Shown here: one piece after another, positions 51,130 through 61,150 of the stretch
Layout of the letters: each line of letters opens with the position of its first letter
Position numbering within the stretch: position 1 is the first letter of the stretch
NCBI GenBank assembly: GCA_964252035.1
Contig: OZ176207.1
Reading direction: 5' to 3' (one strand)
DNA from: Podarcis erhardii
Lineage: Eukaryota
Length of the DNA stretch: 64,000 nt
The notes under the pieces: generated by a model
Seen by the model: the letters and a program-made list of their open reading frames with translations, nothing else
What the model was told of the DNA's origin: nothing
Databases searched by the model: none
Position numbers and translations under genes: made by a program

Positions 51130-54100
51130 TAGTGCAATATACTTCTGCTTTGGTTTTCAAAGCAAGAAGCTATTATTGTGCCAGAGAACTTAAGATCGAT
51201 TTTAATATTTCCCTCTGTTGCCTCCACTTACCTGTTCCTGCATTTTAGACAGGCATAGGGAAGAATAACTATGAAAGTAAGTTGTGGAGCACACTCAGGT
51301 CCTCAAAACACAACCCAGTAAAATGCTACTGAGTGGCTTAATCAGCTGAGACCTCTACAAAGGCACTTATGACAAGTTCCCTTTGAATGCTAAAGGCTGA
51401 AAGTTCAATGGTTCCCATCGTAAAATTTGGGATATTAGGAGGGGTTGTTTTTTTAGAAATTGGGAAATTCTGAATTGTATAAATTTCCTATGCATCAGAA
51501 AACTTTCTGAAACCCTTGAGAAAGCCCCTAATGTTTTAGCCTTTCCTCATAGCAGAAAGTTCAGACCCCACATTCTTAAAATGTGAAATTAAGGTTTTTC
51601 TGCGACAACTTACATCACTTTACACTTGCTTACACAGAATTGCATTTGCCTCTTCACAACCCATTTGTTTTACCCACCCTGAACAATTTAGTGCCATCAG
51701 CAAACTTGGCTACCCTACCCCTGCTCAAGGGCAACCTTTGCCCAATCTGGTGCCCTCCAGGTGTAGACTATGATGCCCATCACCCGCCACAGCTTCACTG
51801 GCTGCAGCTGATGTGAGGTGAGTTCCAGTTCAAGTATCTGGAGGGCATCAGGTTGGGGAAGGTTGGGCCTGGCTCATAAGCTTCCACAATTTTGCTGTTT
51901 CAGAGCACCAGCTTTTGCTGACTACAAAGCAGAAAATGTTACTTCCCAATTCTTTAGCCAAGTTCAAGAATAGTTACCTTAGTGAGTAATGGCAATAATA
52001 GTGTGCAAGAACAACCATTCCCAGTGCAGAATGCAAATAAGTTCTTTCAGTACATTATTAATCCTGTATAATAAATACAACTTTCTCAATAGCAGGGACC
52101 CTCACAACTCTCTCTGGAATACCCTGGCCTTTGAGGTGCAATCAGTACCAATGACAACAGACTTTTGACAGCATGTAAAAAGTGGATTTTCACCCAAGGA
52201 TTTGGCTAAAGTGGTGCCGGTGTATTCGATGATATAGTAAGTTGTATTTTAAAGAAATACTGCTTTATTGTGTTTGTGTGTGCAACTGTATGAACAATGA
52301 ATAATGGGCTACAAGTGATGACACAACACTCTTGACACTCCCTGCAAGGTAGTTAAGAGAATTGCAGCTCTAGCCTGTACTAACAGTTGCCACCAGCATT
52401 TTAGACATCCCCAGTCTAGACTCAAGGAAATCCTGATCTGCAGTATTTTTTAAGGGGAAGAGGCAAACTGCTTCCAACTCCCCAGAGCCGTCAAGCACAT
52501 GTGCTGTTCAGCCAACTGTTTACAAAAGGAGTCAAAAGAAGCAAGTTGCAGAAACAGTAGCAAACAGAAAGCAAGAAAAAGTAGCGACCAAACAGAAAAC
52601 AGTAGCAAACAGAAAGAAAAAACAAAATCAGTAACTTCTAGATAATCTTGCTGGTACAATTTCTAAGTTGGTTTCAGCAACTTGCATACAGCCAGCCTTG
52701 TAGTTAAGCACTAGCCTGCTGGTGGACCATATGCTGCTCATTACGGACTTCACTGTGGGTCACATGGATTTTACAGTGCAGTGGAGTGTCTACCCAATAT
52801 TATATTTTACCCTCTATTTTGGCACTATTGCAGAATCCCATTTTTATTAATTGACAAGTTTAGCTGATTTTAAAAGACTAAAAGCATACCCCCAATTAAT
52901 CAGAATGATTTGTCTTAAATGTGCTAATACTATCAGCATTATAGAAGAGGCATTATTCCCTAGTAGAAGGGGATGATTCTTCCACGATAATGACTACTGT
53001 AGCTCATGCTTGCATCTAAAAATAATCGCTTCAAAAAATAGAGAGTGCATGTGTTAATTAGGTAATTGTCCTAGTCCTCACATAAGTCACTTCTAATGCC
53101 AAAGCGCAGAAAGTAGATTTCATCCTATGCTATCCCTAGAGATGCATGTACAGGTTCTTACTTGTCTGCCACTCTTTGGAATTTTTTTTTAAGACACAGA
53201 GGGAGACTGCAGATGCATAAATTCATGCTGCCAATTTAAACTGTTGTAGAAAGCATGTCAAAATCTGGAAACCATCAGCACAGTTGGGTTACGTAATTGC
53301 ATTTTGACTAGAATAAAGGAAATCACTGTGGCGGACAGGCAAAGGTAGAGACAAGGACAAACAAGCTTTGCCTATGTATGCCAATCCATTGAGGCTGAGC
53401 ATTCAAGGATGTCTCGCTCATGTGGGTTGCAATATCAGCTACTGTTTTTCAAAGCTGTGCAATCTTAGTAAGAAAAACAAAAAATATTATGGCTATGTCC
53501 AACAGCGATGTGGGACTTTTTGGAAAATTTTGAATCAGAAGATGTTTCATCGCCCTAAATTTATGGTTTGATGTATCACGCTTAACTACACTATTAAAAA
53601 AGTAAAAAAAATGAGCTCCGTGTTAATTTAACATGCTGTATAAAAACCTCAACTCCTTCTAGCAGCTCAAAATAGATGAATAGAAATATTTGATTAAGAA
53701 CGTGTTATGTTTCAATAAAAATAATGATAGAGAGCTTTGACTGTATTTAAATGCTTGTAAACACTATTCTATAGCAGCATCTAATCCCTGGAACTCCCTT
53801 CCATAGGAAAGCCATATGGTACATTGCTTGATTTTTTAGGAGGGCAGTTAATTTTTTTCTGTTTGGACCAGCTCTTGCAGCCCTCATTATTTGGGGTGCT
53901 GTGAATTTCTGTACACATGGGATTTTGTTTCTTCTCCTTCCCTAATGCACCCCCGCAAAAAAAAAAATCTGCTCTGGAGGGTCACCCAAACCCTTTAGAG
54001 CTGAATTTGAGGGTGTCAATTGCATGTACATTGAGAAGTTCAATTGCATGTACAGAAGTCTGAGTGAGCAGAAATGCAGCTTTTGATAAAGCTCCAAAAT

Positions 54101-56212
54101 ATTTTAAGATGTTACAATTCACAGACTTTAGACTTGAGGGGGGAAATTAAGGTGTCAAAAACTGTTAAATACTCATTTTAGCATGCTAGAATACCTGTAT
54201 GCATAAGTAATTGTGTTTTCTTGGGAACAGTCATAAGAAATTATGACTTTGGTTGCACATTTTACTAGCATTATTATTCATTCTAGCTGCCTAGCTCAGC
54301 ATGTATTTTTTTCATGCAGCCAATCCCATGAAACAATGAATTTCTAAAACTGAAAACATTATGTAGAAAAATATGGTAGCAATATTTTTCCCAGCAAATT
54401 CTCCCTATCACTGATGCCTTCGGTAATGCTCAGATGTTGTCAGTGAAGACACACTGCAGGTTGCCTTGATGTAACAAGTCATCCTTAACACAGCTAGCAG
54501 CATGGACAAACAGCAACAATTAATACTTGGATAATATGGTAAGGTACATTTTTCAACTTGTTACTTGCTCTGGGCCTGCAGCCACTCTGTCAGTCAATGG
54601 CACTCATGGCAAGTAATGTTTGTTGTGGCAAAGTTTGTGTGTGACCAACAATAGCTCTGCCACCACTATGCAGGAGTTTTTTCTGCCACTAGTGTTAAAA
54701 TGTATATGAAACAAATGAGGAGGAAATAAGCTGCAGCTGCTCTGGAGTCTACCAACCTGTGACCTTCCTTCAACAGATACATTGGCACAGATTCAAAATT
54801 AGGGCAGGAAAATCAGTGCATTGCCACGTTTCCTCAAAAAGACAAGCAGCACCATGAGGTATAGATAACTACCAACTCCAAGGTCACCCACACTCAGTTT
54901 GAACTGCAGGATCTCCTAGGATGATCACTCCCTTTCATGCATACCAAGGGAGCAATGAATAAGACTGAAACTTGTCAAGTTGCTCCTGATTTCATGACAT
55001 ATGTTGTTGGTGACAAGAAGAGCAATGTCTGAACAGGCCCCTGCAGTGGCACTCCTGCCAGGGGTGCTAATTAGATAACTATTTTCGTATTGTCACATTT
55101 GCTACACAGAAATTCTGCCATACCAAAGTCTAACAGCTAATATTTAAGTTTGTTCCAACTCCTAATATTCTCTCATTTTAACACCTGCCACCTGCACCTG
55201 TCAAGTAATGAAGAAGTCTGGGTAAATGAGAGTAATATCAATTTCTCAAAAAGGTAGAACTTTAATTAGAAAAATATGATACCAATTCAAAGCTGATGCT
55301 AGCGTCAAATCACATTTTAATAGCACAAGATATCAAAACTTCGACATTAAAAGTTTGGGTGTCAAAACATTTTGAAAAACTTTTGCAAGTATATTACATC
55401 TTTGCAAGCAGGCAGGGAGAAGAGAAGGAAACTAAGCCTACCTCAGGCAGGCAAAAAAGTTCATGTCAGTTTATTATATGTGGCACAAGCATAACTTAGA
55501 TGAGCAATTTAGCAACAGTTCAGTGGAATCATTTCACGCAAATATGCAGTTGTGTGAGTGCACTGGGAACTTTTAAGTCACTGATCTGCGATTAGCAAGT
55601 GAAACTTTAAAGGGCTTACAATACTAACTTTCTCCCTTTACTTCTATGATAGTCTATGTCACACTTCTAGAACATAAAAAAGTTCACTTAATATTGAGTC
55701 AGTGTTTCCATATAAAGACTTAATGCTGTGAACCATACAGTACAGATACTGTAGATGGGTTGCTGGAAACATTTTTTTTAAAGTCCTATCTGATTTTCCC
55801 AAGGAATCTGCATTGAATGCGGGGGGAGGGGGAGGGAGGCAGAGATACAGGCTGGCATTTTGGTGCCAACAACATTCAGTGGGCAGGTGCTGCGAAAGAT
55901 CGGAAGGGGTGATGAAGGCTACTCCATCCCCACAATAAACACCATTTAACTTGCTTAGGAGTTGTCCTCCGCCCCCGCCCCCCCCCCATAGCAGAAATTG
56001 AACCTGGGACCGTCTGCATGAGAATCAGTTCTTTGCCACGAAGCAATCGGCCCAGCTCTCATGTTTAGAAGGCACATCCCACCACGATGCCCACAACTCG
56101 CCACTAGGTCCCTGATGACTTGACCCGTTAGCTGAAAACAAAACAAAACTTGGCGGCGGCGCCTGGCCTCATCCTACAGGAGCGCTGCCAGGAAAGGGAG
56201 AAGGCAACTCAC

Positions 56213-56582
56213 CCGGCGGGATCTGGAAGTTGGCAGGTAGCTGTATCGTCACCGTCTGCGGGGCTTTGGGGGCTCCGGGCTGAGGGGCCGGCAGCCTGGT
56301 CCCCGCGCCGGGCGTCTGGGGGAGCTGCAGAGCCGGAGGCGCCCCTTTGGGAGCGGGCGCCGCTCGGGGCTGCTGGGCGACGGGAGGAGGGACTCTGCTG
56401 AGGGAAACTTCGGCGTTCAAGGCGGGCGGCGCCGCGCTGTGGGCGCGCAGCGCAGCCGGGGCCTCGCGGAGCCCCCCGGTCCCATTCAAGGCGGCGGCGG
56501 CGGGGCCGGCCGCCAAGGCAGCGAGCTCCGGAGACCCGGAGGGCAGGACCCTCCCCGGCGCGGCTGCTCCCGGCGTCGTCAT
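56213..56582 (-). CDS. TAF4B: TAF4B coding exon 1 (MTTPGAAAPG...TRLPAPQPGAPKAPQTVTIQLPANFQIPP-G)
   Basis: ATG at 56582-56580 inside the CpG island. The end matches the TAF4-family motif RLPAPQ...TIQLPANFQ.PPG. Donor G|GTGAGT at 56212, phase 1, 370 nt. The start-codon choice is inferred (weak Kozak, tccATGa). Confidence 0.85.
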
Positions 56583-56647
56583 GGAGGAGAGGGCGCGCGG
56601 CGGAAAGTGCGGGAGCCTGGCGGAGACTCCGAGCGAGTCCACAGCAT
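56579..56647 (-). other. TAF4B leader uORF2 (22 aa) whose TGA overlaps the main ATG (ATGA)
   Basis: ATG CTG TGG ACT ... CCT CCA TGA. The stop occupies 56581-56579, overlapping the main ATG at 56582-56580. Confidence 0.45.
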
Positions 56648-56780
56648 AGCAGCCTCCGAGGGGGCCCAGGAGCCGGCGAAGCTGCCGCCGCTGCGGCAAA
56701 AGCAGCGGCAGCGGCGGCGGCAGAGTCCCCAGCGAAACAAGCTGCCTCAGAGGCTGCACCGCTCGCGGACCAAGCAAGAG

Positions 56781-56807
56781 TTAGGGGCACGGCTGCAGAA
56801 AACACAT
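56781..56807 (-). other. TAF4B leader uORF1 (MCFLQPCP*)
   Basis: accATG TGT TTT CTG CAG CCG TGC CCC TAA, in frame with the main ORF. Lies in the leader only if the TSS is upstream of 56807. Confidence 0.45.
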
Positions 56808-57002
56808 GGTCCCGCAGCCGCTGCCGGCTTCTCCTCCTCAGAGGCGCGCACGTGTAGCGCCAGGCACTTCTCGCCTGGAGCAGAAGGCTCCAGCCAGGAC
56901 AGGGGCGCACGCGAGCCGGCAACGCCCTACGGAGCCCCGCGCCGCCTCCCAGACCCGCCCCGAGGAACAGCCCCCAAGCGGCTCCGCTCTCCGTTAGCCA
57001 TG

Positions 57003-57105
57003 TTTATATAGCCACGCGGGGCTCCCCGGCGCACGCGCCCTGGCTCTCCTGGCGGCTCATTGGCTACACCGGGCAACCTCGGCTGGGCGGCGTCGCGCGG
57101 CGTCA
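57003..57105 (-). promoter_or_regulatory. TATA box (TATATAAA, 57010-57003), CCAAT box (57063-57059) and CGTCA half-CRE (57101-57105)
   Basis: Motifs read directly. CCAAT then TATA are correctly ordered for a minus-strand TSS near 56975 (inferred). Confidence 0.55.
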
Positions 57106-58857
57106 CGCAGAGAGCACGGCCCCCCGCGCCGCTGAAGAACGCCGCAGGCGGAAAGTTATTGGGGAAATCGAATGCACTTGGTGGTTTTCGCTCTCTCTTA
57201 CACCCAAACACCCTCACTCACCGAAGGCGCACGTTGCATCGAAGAAGTAAGTGGAGTTGGTAATGCCAACAGAATGCCTATAATTTAGGGATTTCTACTT
57301 TTAAAATGTTTGCTTTGGGGTGGTGTTTTCTTTAAATTGATATTACTTGGGGAGTCAGCGCAGTGCACATCCGCAGGCACCCCTGCAGCCTTGTAAATAA
57401 GTTACTAGCATGCAAAGAGGAAGAAGCTTTTTACTAGTAATGGAGGAGTGAATAACACAGCAGCGTGCTGTTTTTCCGTAAAGAGTGCAGAGGAAGGAAA
57501 TGGAGCTCTAACCTTCCACCACCCACCTGCTCACTTTTCTGCATAAAATTTCCTGCACTGAGCTGCATGCACTTCCTTGTTAGTTACGGCTTCCAGGCTA
57601 GTGGTTCAATACAAGTCTACTGTGTTAGGGCTACTCTTAACAAAGTAGTTAGTGGTTTTCAATTTTTGTCATGAGGCTTACAAAATAAGCAGGGTGCATC
57701 CTTTTGAGGACAGGCAGGCTGTTCTGCTTTCTTACAGACATTTATAGATTAATGAAACGATCCTTAATTGTGCTCATTTTGCTTTTTAAAAAAACATAAG
57801 CATGGATGTGGTTTTGAGAGAGCGAAATGACTCTCAGGCAGTGCAATTTTATGCCACCTACTACTGAACTCTCTTGTGATGCCTGTGTTAATAATCACAC
57901 TGACATGTGATTTTTACAGGATTTTTACTTATTTATTTTGGTCAATAGCCATTCTTGTTGCTCCTCAACAAACTGCTGCTGGACCACTGAATATATTTTC
58001 AACTGCAGCTTTTTACACTTACCTAGGAGGGAGTCTTAGTTATCTCAGTGGGACTTACTTCCCCACAAATTATGCCCAAAGTATCTTACAGCATTTCACA
58101 TTTCAAAATAAAGCTTAGAAACATTTAGAAATAATGTTAATTTAGCAAATAAATACAAAAAATAAATCCATACAATGCTGCTTCTTCTTTGGCAATCACT
58201 CGTCGCCGAGTAAACTATATAAATATGGTAAGCTAGTTTAACAGTTTCAAATTAAACAGAAGAGAGAATAATGCCTAATTCAGAATAATCCCTAATAAGA
58301 AAGTAGATCACATGTTGCAGACAATGCACTTGTATCCAATAGTGTGGATCTGAGACTTCATCTTTAAACATCCAGAATCTCCACCCCATCTCTCACCTGG
58401 CTTTCACCCAGAGGGGCCTTATGCTCACCATTATTGTGGGCTCTTGCCCACAGTAAAGGAACCAATAACTTTCCTTCCACACTCCCCCATCAATAAAGGT
58501 ATGTTCTTCCAGTCTGGAAATCATAAACAAAGTTTCAGTGTTGTGATGAGCCCCAAAGTAGCGGACCTTTTAGCCTTCCTCAAGTTAAAAGATAAGGGTA
58601 ACAATGGAGAAACATGATTTAAAGGACAGGTTTTACAAAGAAAAATAAGCAGTTTCAACATTACTAGTTGAAACTCCCATTAAGCATTTTAGAACATTGC
58701 CAATTCTGTGTCTGTGGTTCATGCTGTTCATCATCTTATGCAGACCCAGTGTGTTAGTAATTTAATCCTTAAATATTTCCTACTACTATAATTGGTTAAC
58801 ACAATCTAGCATTTTTCTGCTTATCTGCAGCTGCCAGTTCCTAATCAACAAGTAGAA

Positions 58858-58875
58858 ATGGTGGCGTGGGCTTGA
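58858..58875 (+). other. Short strong-Kozak uORF (MVAWA*) upstream of the MCTS1 retrocopy
   Basis: gaaATGG TG GCG TGG GCT TGA, with G at -3 and G at +4. Ends 132 nt before the main ATG. Confidence 0.45.
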
Positions 58876-58901
58876 GAGTGGGAACAGGGCCTGCGTGGGA
58901 G

Positions 58902-58949
58902 TTGCTGCTGCTGCTGCTGCTGCTGCTGTTGCTGCTGCTGTTGCTGCTG
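58902..58949 (+). repeat. Interrupted CTG repeat: TTG(CTG)8 TTG(CTG)3 TTG(CTG)2
   Basis: Direct read; lies in the leader of the MCTS1 retrocopy. Confidence 0.95.
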
Positions 58950-59007
58950 TTAGTCGCTGGCCTTCCAGCCCCTCGGTTCTTAGGGCTCTCGCGGAAACCC
59001 CGGCAAG

Positions 59008-59553
59008 ATGTTCAAAAAATTTGATGGAAAGGAGAATGTGTCCAACTGCATCCAACTAAAAACGTCAGTTATTAAAGGCATTAAGAACCAGCTGATAGAC
59101 CAGTTTCCTGGGATCGAACCATGGCTAAACCAAATTATGCCAAAGAAAGACCCTGTGAAGATAGTACGTTGTCATGAACATATAGAAATCCTCACAGTAA
59201 ATGGAGAATTGTTGTTCTTCAGGCAAAGGGAAGGACCATTTTATCCCACGCTCAGGTTACTTCATAAATATCCATTCATTCTACCACATCAACAAGTTGA
59301 TAAAGGAGCCATTAAATTTGTACTTAGTGGAGCAAATATCATGTGCCCTGGTCTGACGTCTCCAGGAGCTAAACTTTATCCTGCTGCTGCTGATACAATC
59401 ATGGCAATAATGGCCGAAGGAAAGCAACATGCCCTGTGTGTTGGAGTCATGAAGATGTCGACAGGGGATATTGAGAAGGTCAACAAAGGAATTGGCATTG
59501 AGAATATCCACTATTTAAATGATGGTCTCTGGCATATGAAGACATATAAGTGA
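59008..59553 (+). CDS. MCTS1: Intronless MCTS1 retrocopy with intact ORF (malignant T-cell-amplified sequence 1, PUA-domain translation reinitiation/40S recycling factor), 181 aa
   Basis: [29 protein letters not shown]...[24 protein letters not shown]...[18 protein letters not shown] is full-length MCTS1, with no introns, stops or frameshifts. Good Kozak (aagATG). Vertebrate MCTS1 is multi-exon, so this is a retroposed copy. Confidence 0.95.
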   Translation: MFKKFDGKENVSNCIQLKTSVIKGIKNQLIDQFPGIEPWLNQIMPKKDPVKIVRCHEHIEILTVNGELLFFRQREGPFYPTLRLLHKYPFILPHQQVDKGAIKFVLSGANIMCPGLTSPGAKLYPAAADTIMAIMAEGKQHALCVGVMKMSTGDIEKVNKGIGIENIHYLNDGLWHMKTYK

Positions 59554-59990
59554 AGAAGCAGGAAGAATCCATTGGATTTCAGCTGGGCCTGTTTTTAATT
59601 CTTCTTTTAAAATGTGTGGCTAAATGTAAACTTTGTGGTGATGCTAAATAAATCAAATGAATGCTGAGGGAAAAACAAGTAGAAATGGCATGTAAATAAA
59701 AGTTTGCTTCATCAAACAACTTTAGTAATTCTTCAAAAGAATTGCTGTTATTGTGTTCAGATGATATGCTGTTTAATTTATATTCTCCTGCTGAATTGAA
59801 ATTCAGTATATTGTTTTCCATCTGTCTGAAGTGCTCAAGACTGGTGAATTCCCTTTCAACAATATGAGTCCCTTGGTCTGAGCTACTCAGGAAAAGCAAT
59901 TACAATATAATTGTAGGTGTTTCCCCCCCCCCCGCCCTCTTCGCTTGTGCAGTGCACCTAAATTCTTTTTAATGAGAAAAAAACAAAACA
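59554..59990 (+). other. Probable 3' UTR of the MCTS1 retrocopy with AATAAA at 59647 and 59695 and an A-rich remnant at ~59976-59990
   Basis: The two hexamers are read directly. The A-rich tract gaaaaaaacaaaaca could be a decayed poly(A) tail (inference). Confidence 0.45.
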
Positions 59991-60518
59991 TACAAGTTTT
60001 ATGCAGCTTTGGGACATCATGAACATGTCACAGTTACTATTCAATTATTGAAAATGGAATTGGAATCAAGCACCAAATATTGAGAAGTGTAAGTAAACCG
60101 TACCATGATCATTTTTTTAGGTTTGTGTAAGAAGCTTGGGTTTTACATGTTGCTTTGTCCAACAGAAATATAAAGGTTATAAGAAATAGGGACTCTTTTA
60201 AAATGCAAGCAATAAGCCAACCTGTAAGTAAATTGACAAATCCAGTTTAGTTGCTTTTGCTGTATGAATTTTTTATAAGCCTATCCATGCTCCTTAGAGA
60301 GTTTGAAAAATTATGACATCTATTTAATGGTGATTCCTAGGGAATATTCATGCAACTATTTTTTTGAAGATACACAGGCTTCATCTGGTCTTCGAGCCAC
60401 CCCCCCCCCCAAATCTACATCTCCTCCACCCCACACTTCATGGGGCTGCCTTTAAAGACAGTTCAGAAGCTTTTGCTGGTACAGAATGCAACAGCCCAGG
60501 GATTGGCAAGAGCCAAAT

Positions 60519-60656
60519 TGGGCATGGGGAACCTGTGGCTCTCCAGATCTTTCTGGGCTGCAGCTCTTGTCATCCGAGTCCATTGGTAATGAGGTCTGGG
60601 GCCAATGAGAGTTGGAGTCCAACAACATCTGATATGCCACAGGTTCCGCATTCTTG
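60519..60656. mobile_element. Older ~130-bp palindromic MITE family; degenerate copies also at ~908-1031, 16690-16810, 18382-18509, 20840-20965, 37030-37140, 51740-51866, 61371-61509
   Basis: Shared pattern ggggaacc...ctccagatg...ctcccatc...gatgggagttg...catctggagg...ggttcccc. Boundaries approximate. Confidence 0.6.
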
Positions 60657-60664
60657 GGCTAAAT

Positions 60665-61150
60665 GGTGCCTGCACTGATAACCTCAGAGCTTGATTACCA
60701 TAATGTTCTTTGTGTGGGGCTACCCATGTATTTCAGAGGGACGCGGGTGGCGCTGTGGGTTAAACCACAGAGCCTAGGGCTTGCTGATCAGAAGGTTGGT
60801 GGTTCGAATCCCCATGATGGGGTGAGCTCCCTTTGCTCAGTCACAGCTCCTGCCAACCTAGCAGTTCGAAAGCACGTCAAAGTGTAAGTAGATAAATAGG
60901 TACCACTCCGGTGGGAAGGTAAACGGCATTTCCGTGCACTGCTCTGGTTTGCCAGAAGCAGCGTAGTCATGCTGGCCACATGACCCAGAAGCTGTACGCT
61001 GGCTCCCTTGGCCAATAAAGCGAGATGAGCACCACAACCCCAGAGTCGGTCACGACTGGACCTAACAGTCCGGGTCCCTTTACCTACCCGTGTATTTCAA
61101 CCAGAAGCTTTAACTAGAGTGGAATGCAGCAGCCAGTCTGCTTACGGGAG
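60665..61150 (+). mobile_element. L2-type LINE fragment split by a Sauria SINE
   Basis: ALITSELDYHNVLCVGLP before the SINE; the ...gaatgcagcagccagtctgct (NAAA.LL) continuation follows it. Confidence 0.6.
60736..61084 (+). mobile_element. Sauria-type SINE inserted in an L2 fragment
   Basis: TSD tacccatgtatttca (60721-60735) / tacccgtgtatttca (61085-61099), one mismatch. Confidence 0.93.

Larger units (their letters stand above)
56140..57240. promoter_or_regulatory. CpG island / TAF4B promoter, potentially bidirectional
   Basis: Sharp switch to very GC- and CpG-rich sequence spanning TAF4B exon 1 and ~650 bp upstream of the start codon, in an otherwise CpG-depleted window. Confidence 0.92.

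Noticed and set aside
52520-52625. Spaced direct repeats (aaacagtagcaaacagaaag x2) as a CRISPR-like or regulatory array
   Set aside because: Only two copies in low-complexity A-rich vertebrate intron; simple slippage explains it.
56150-57263. Many long overlapping ORFs (up to 237 aa) on both strands of the CpG island
   Set aside because: Expected from stop-codon scarcity in GC-rich DNA. Only the frame ending ...QLPANFQIPPG resembles a known protein (TAF4B exon 1).
58840-60000. Target-site duplication around the MCTS1 retrocopy (acaagt on both sides)
   Set aside because: Only a 6-bp match in AT-rich DNA, too weak to claim. The exact insertion boundaries remain undefined.
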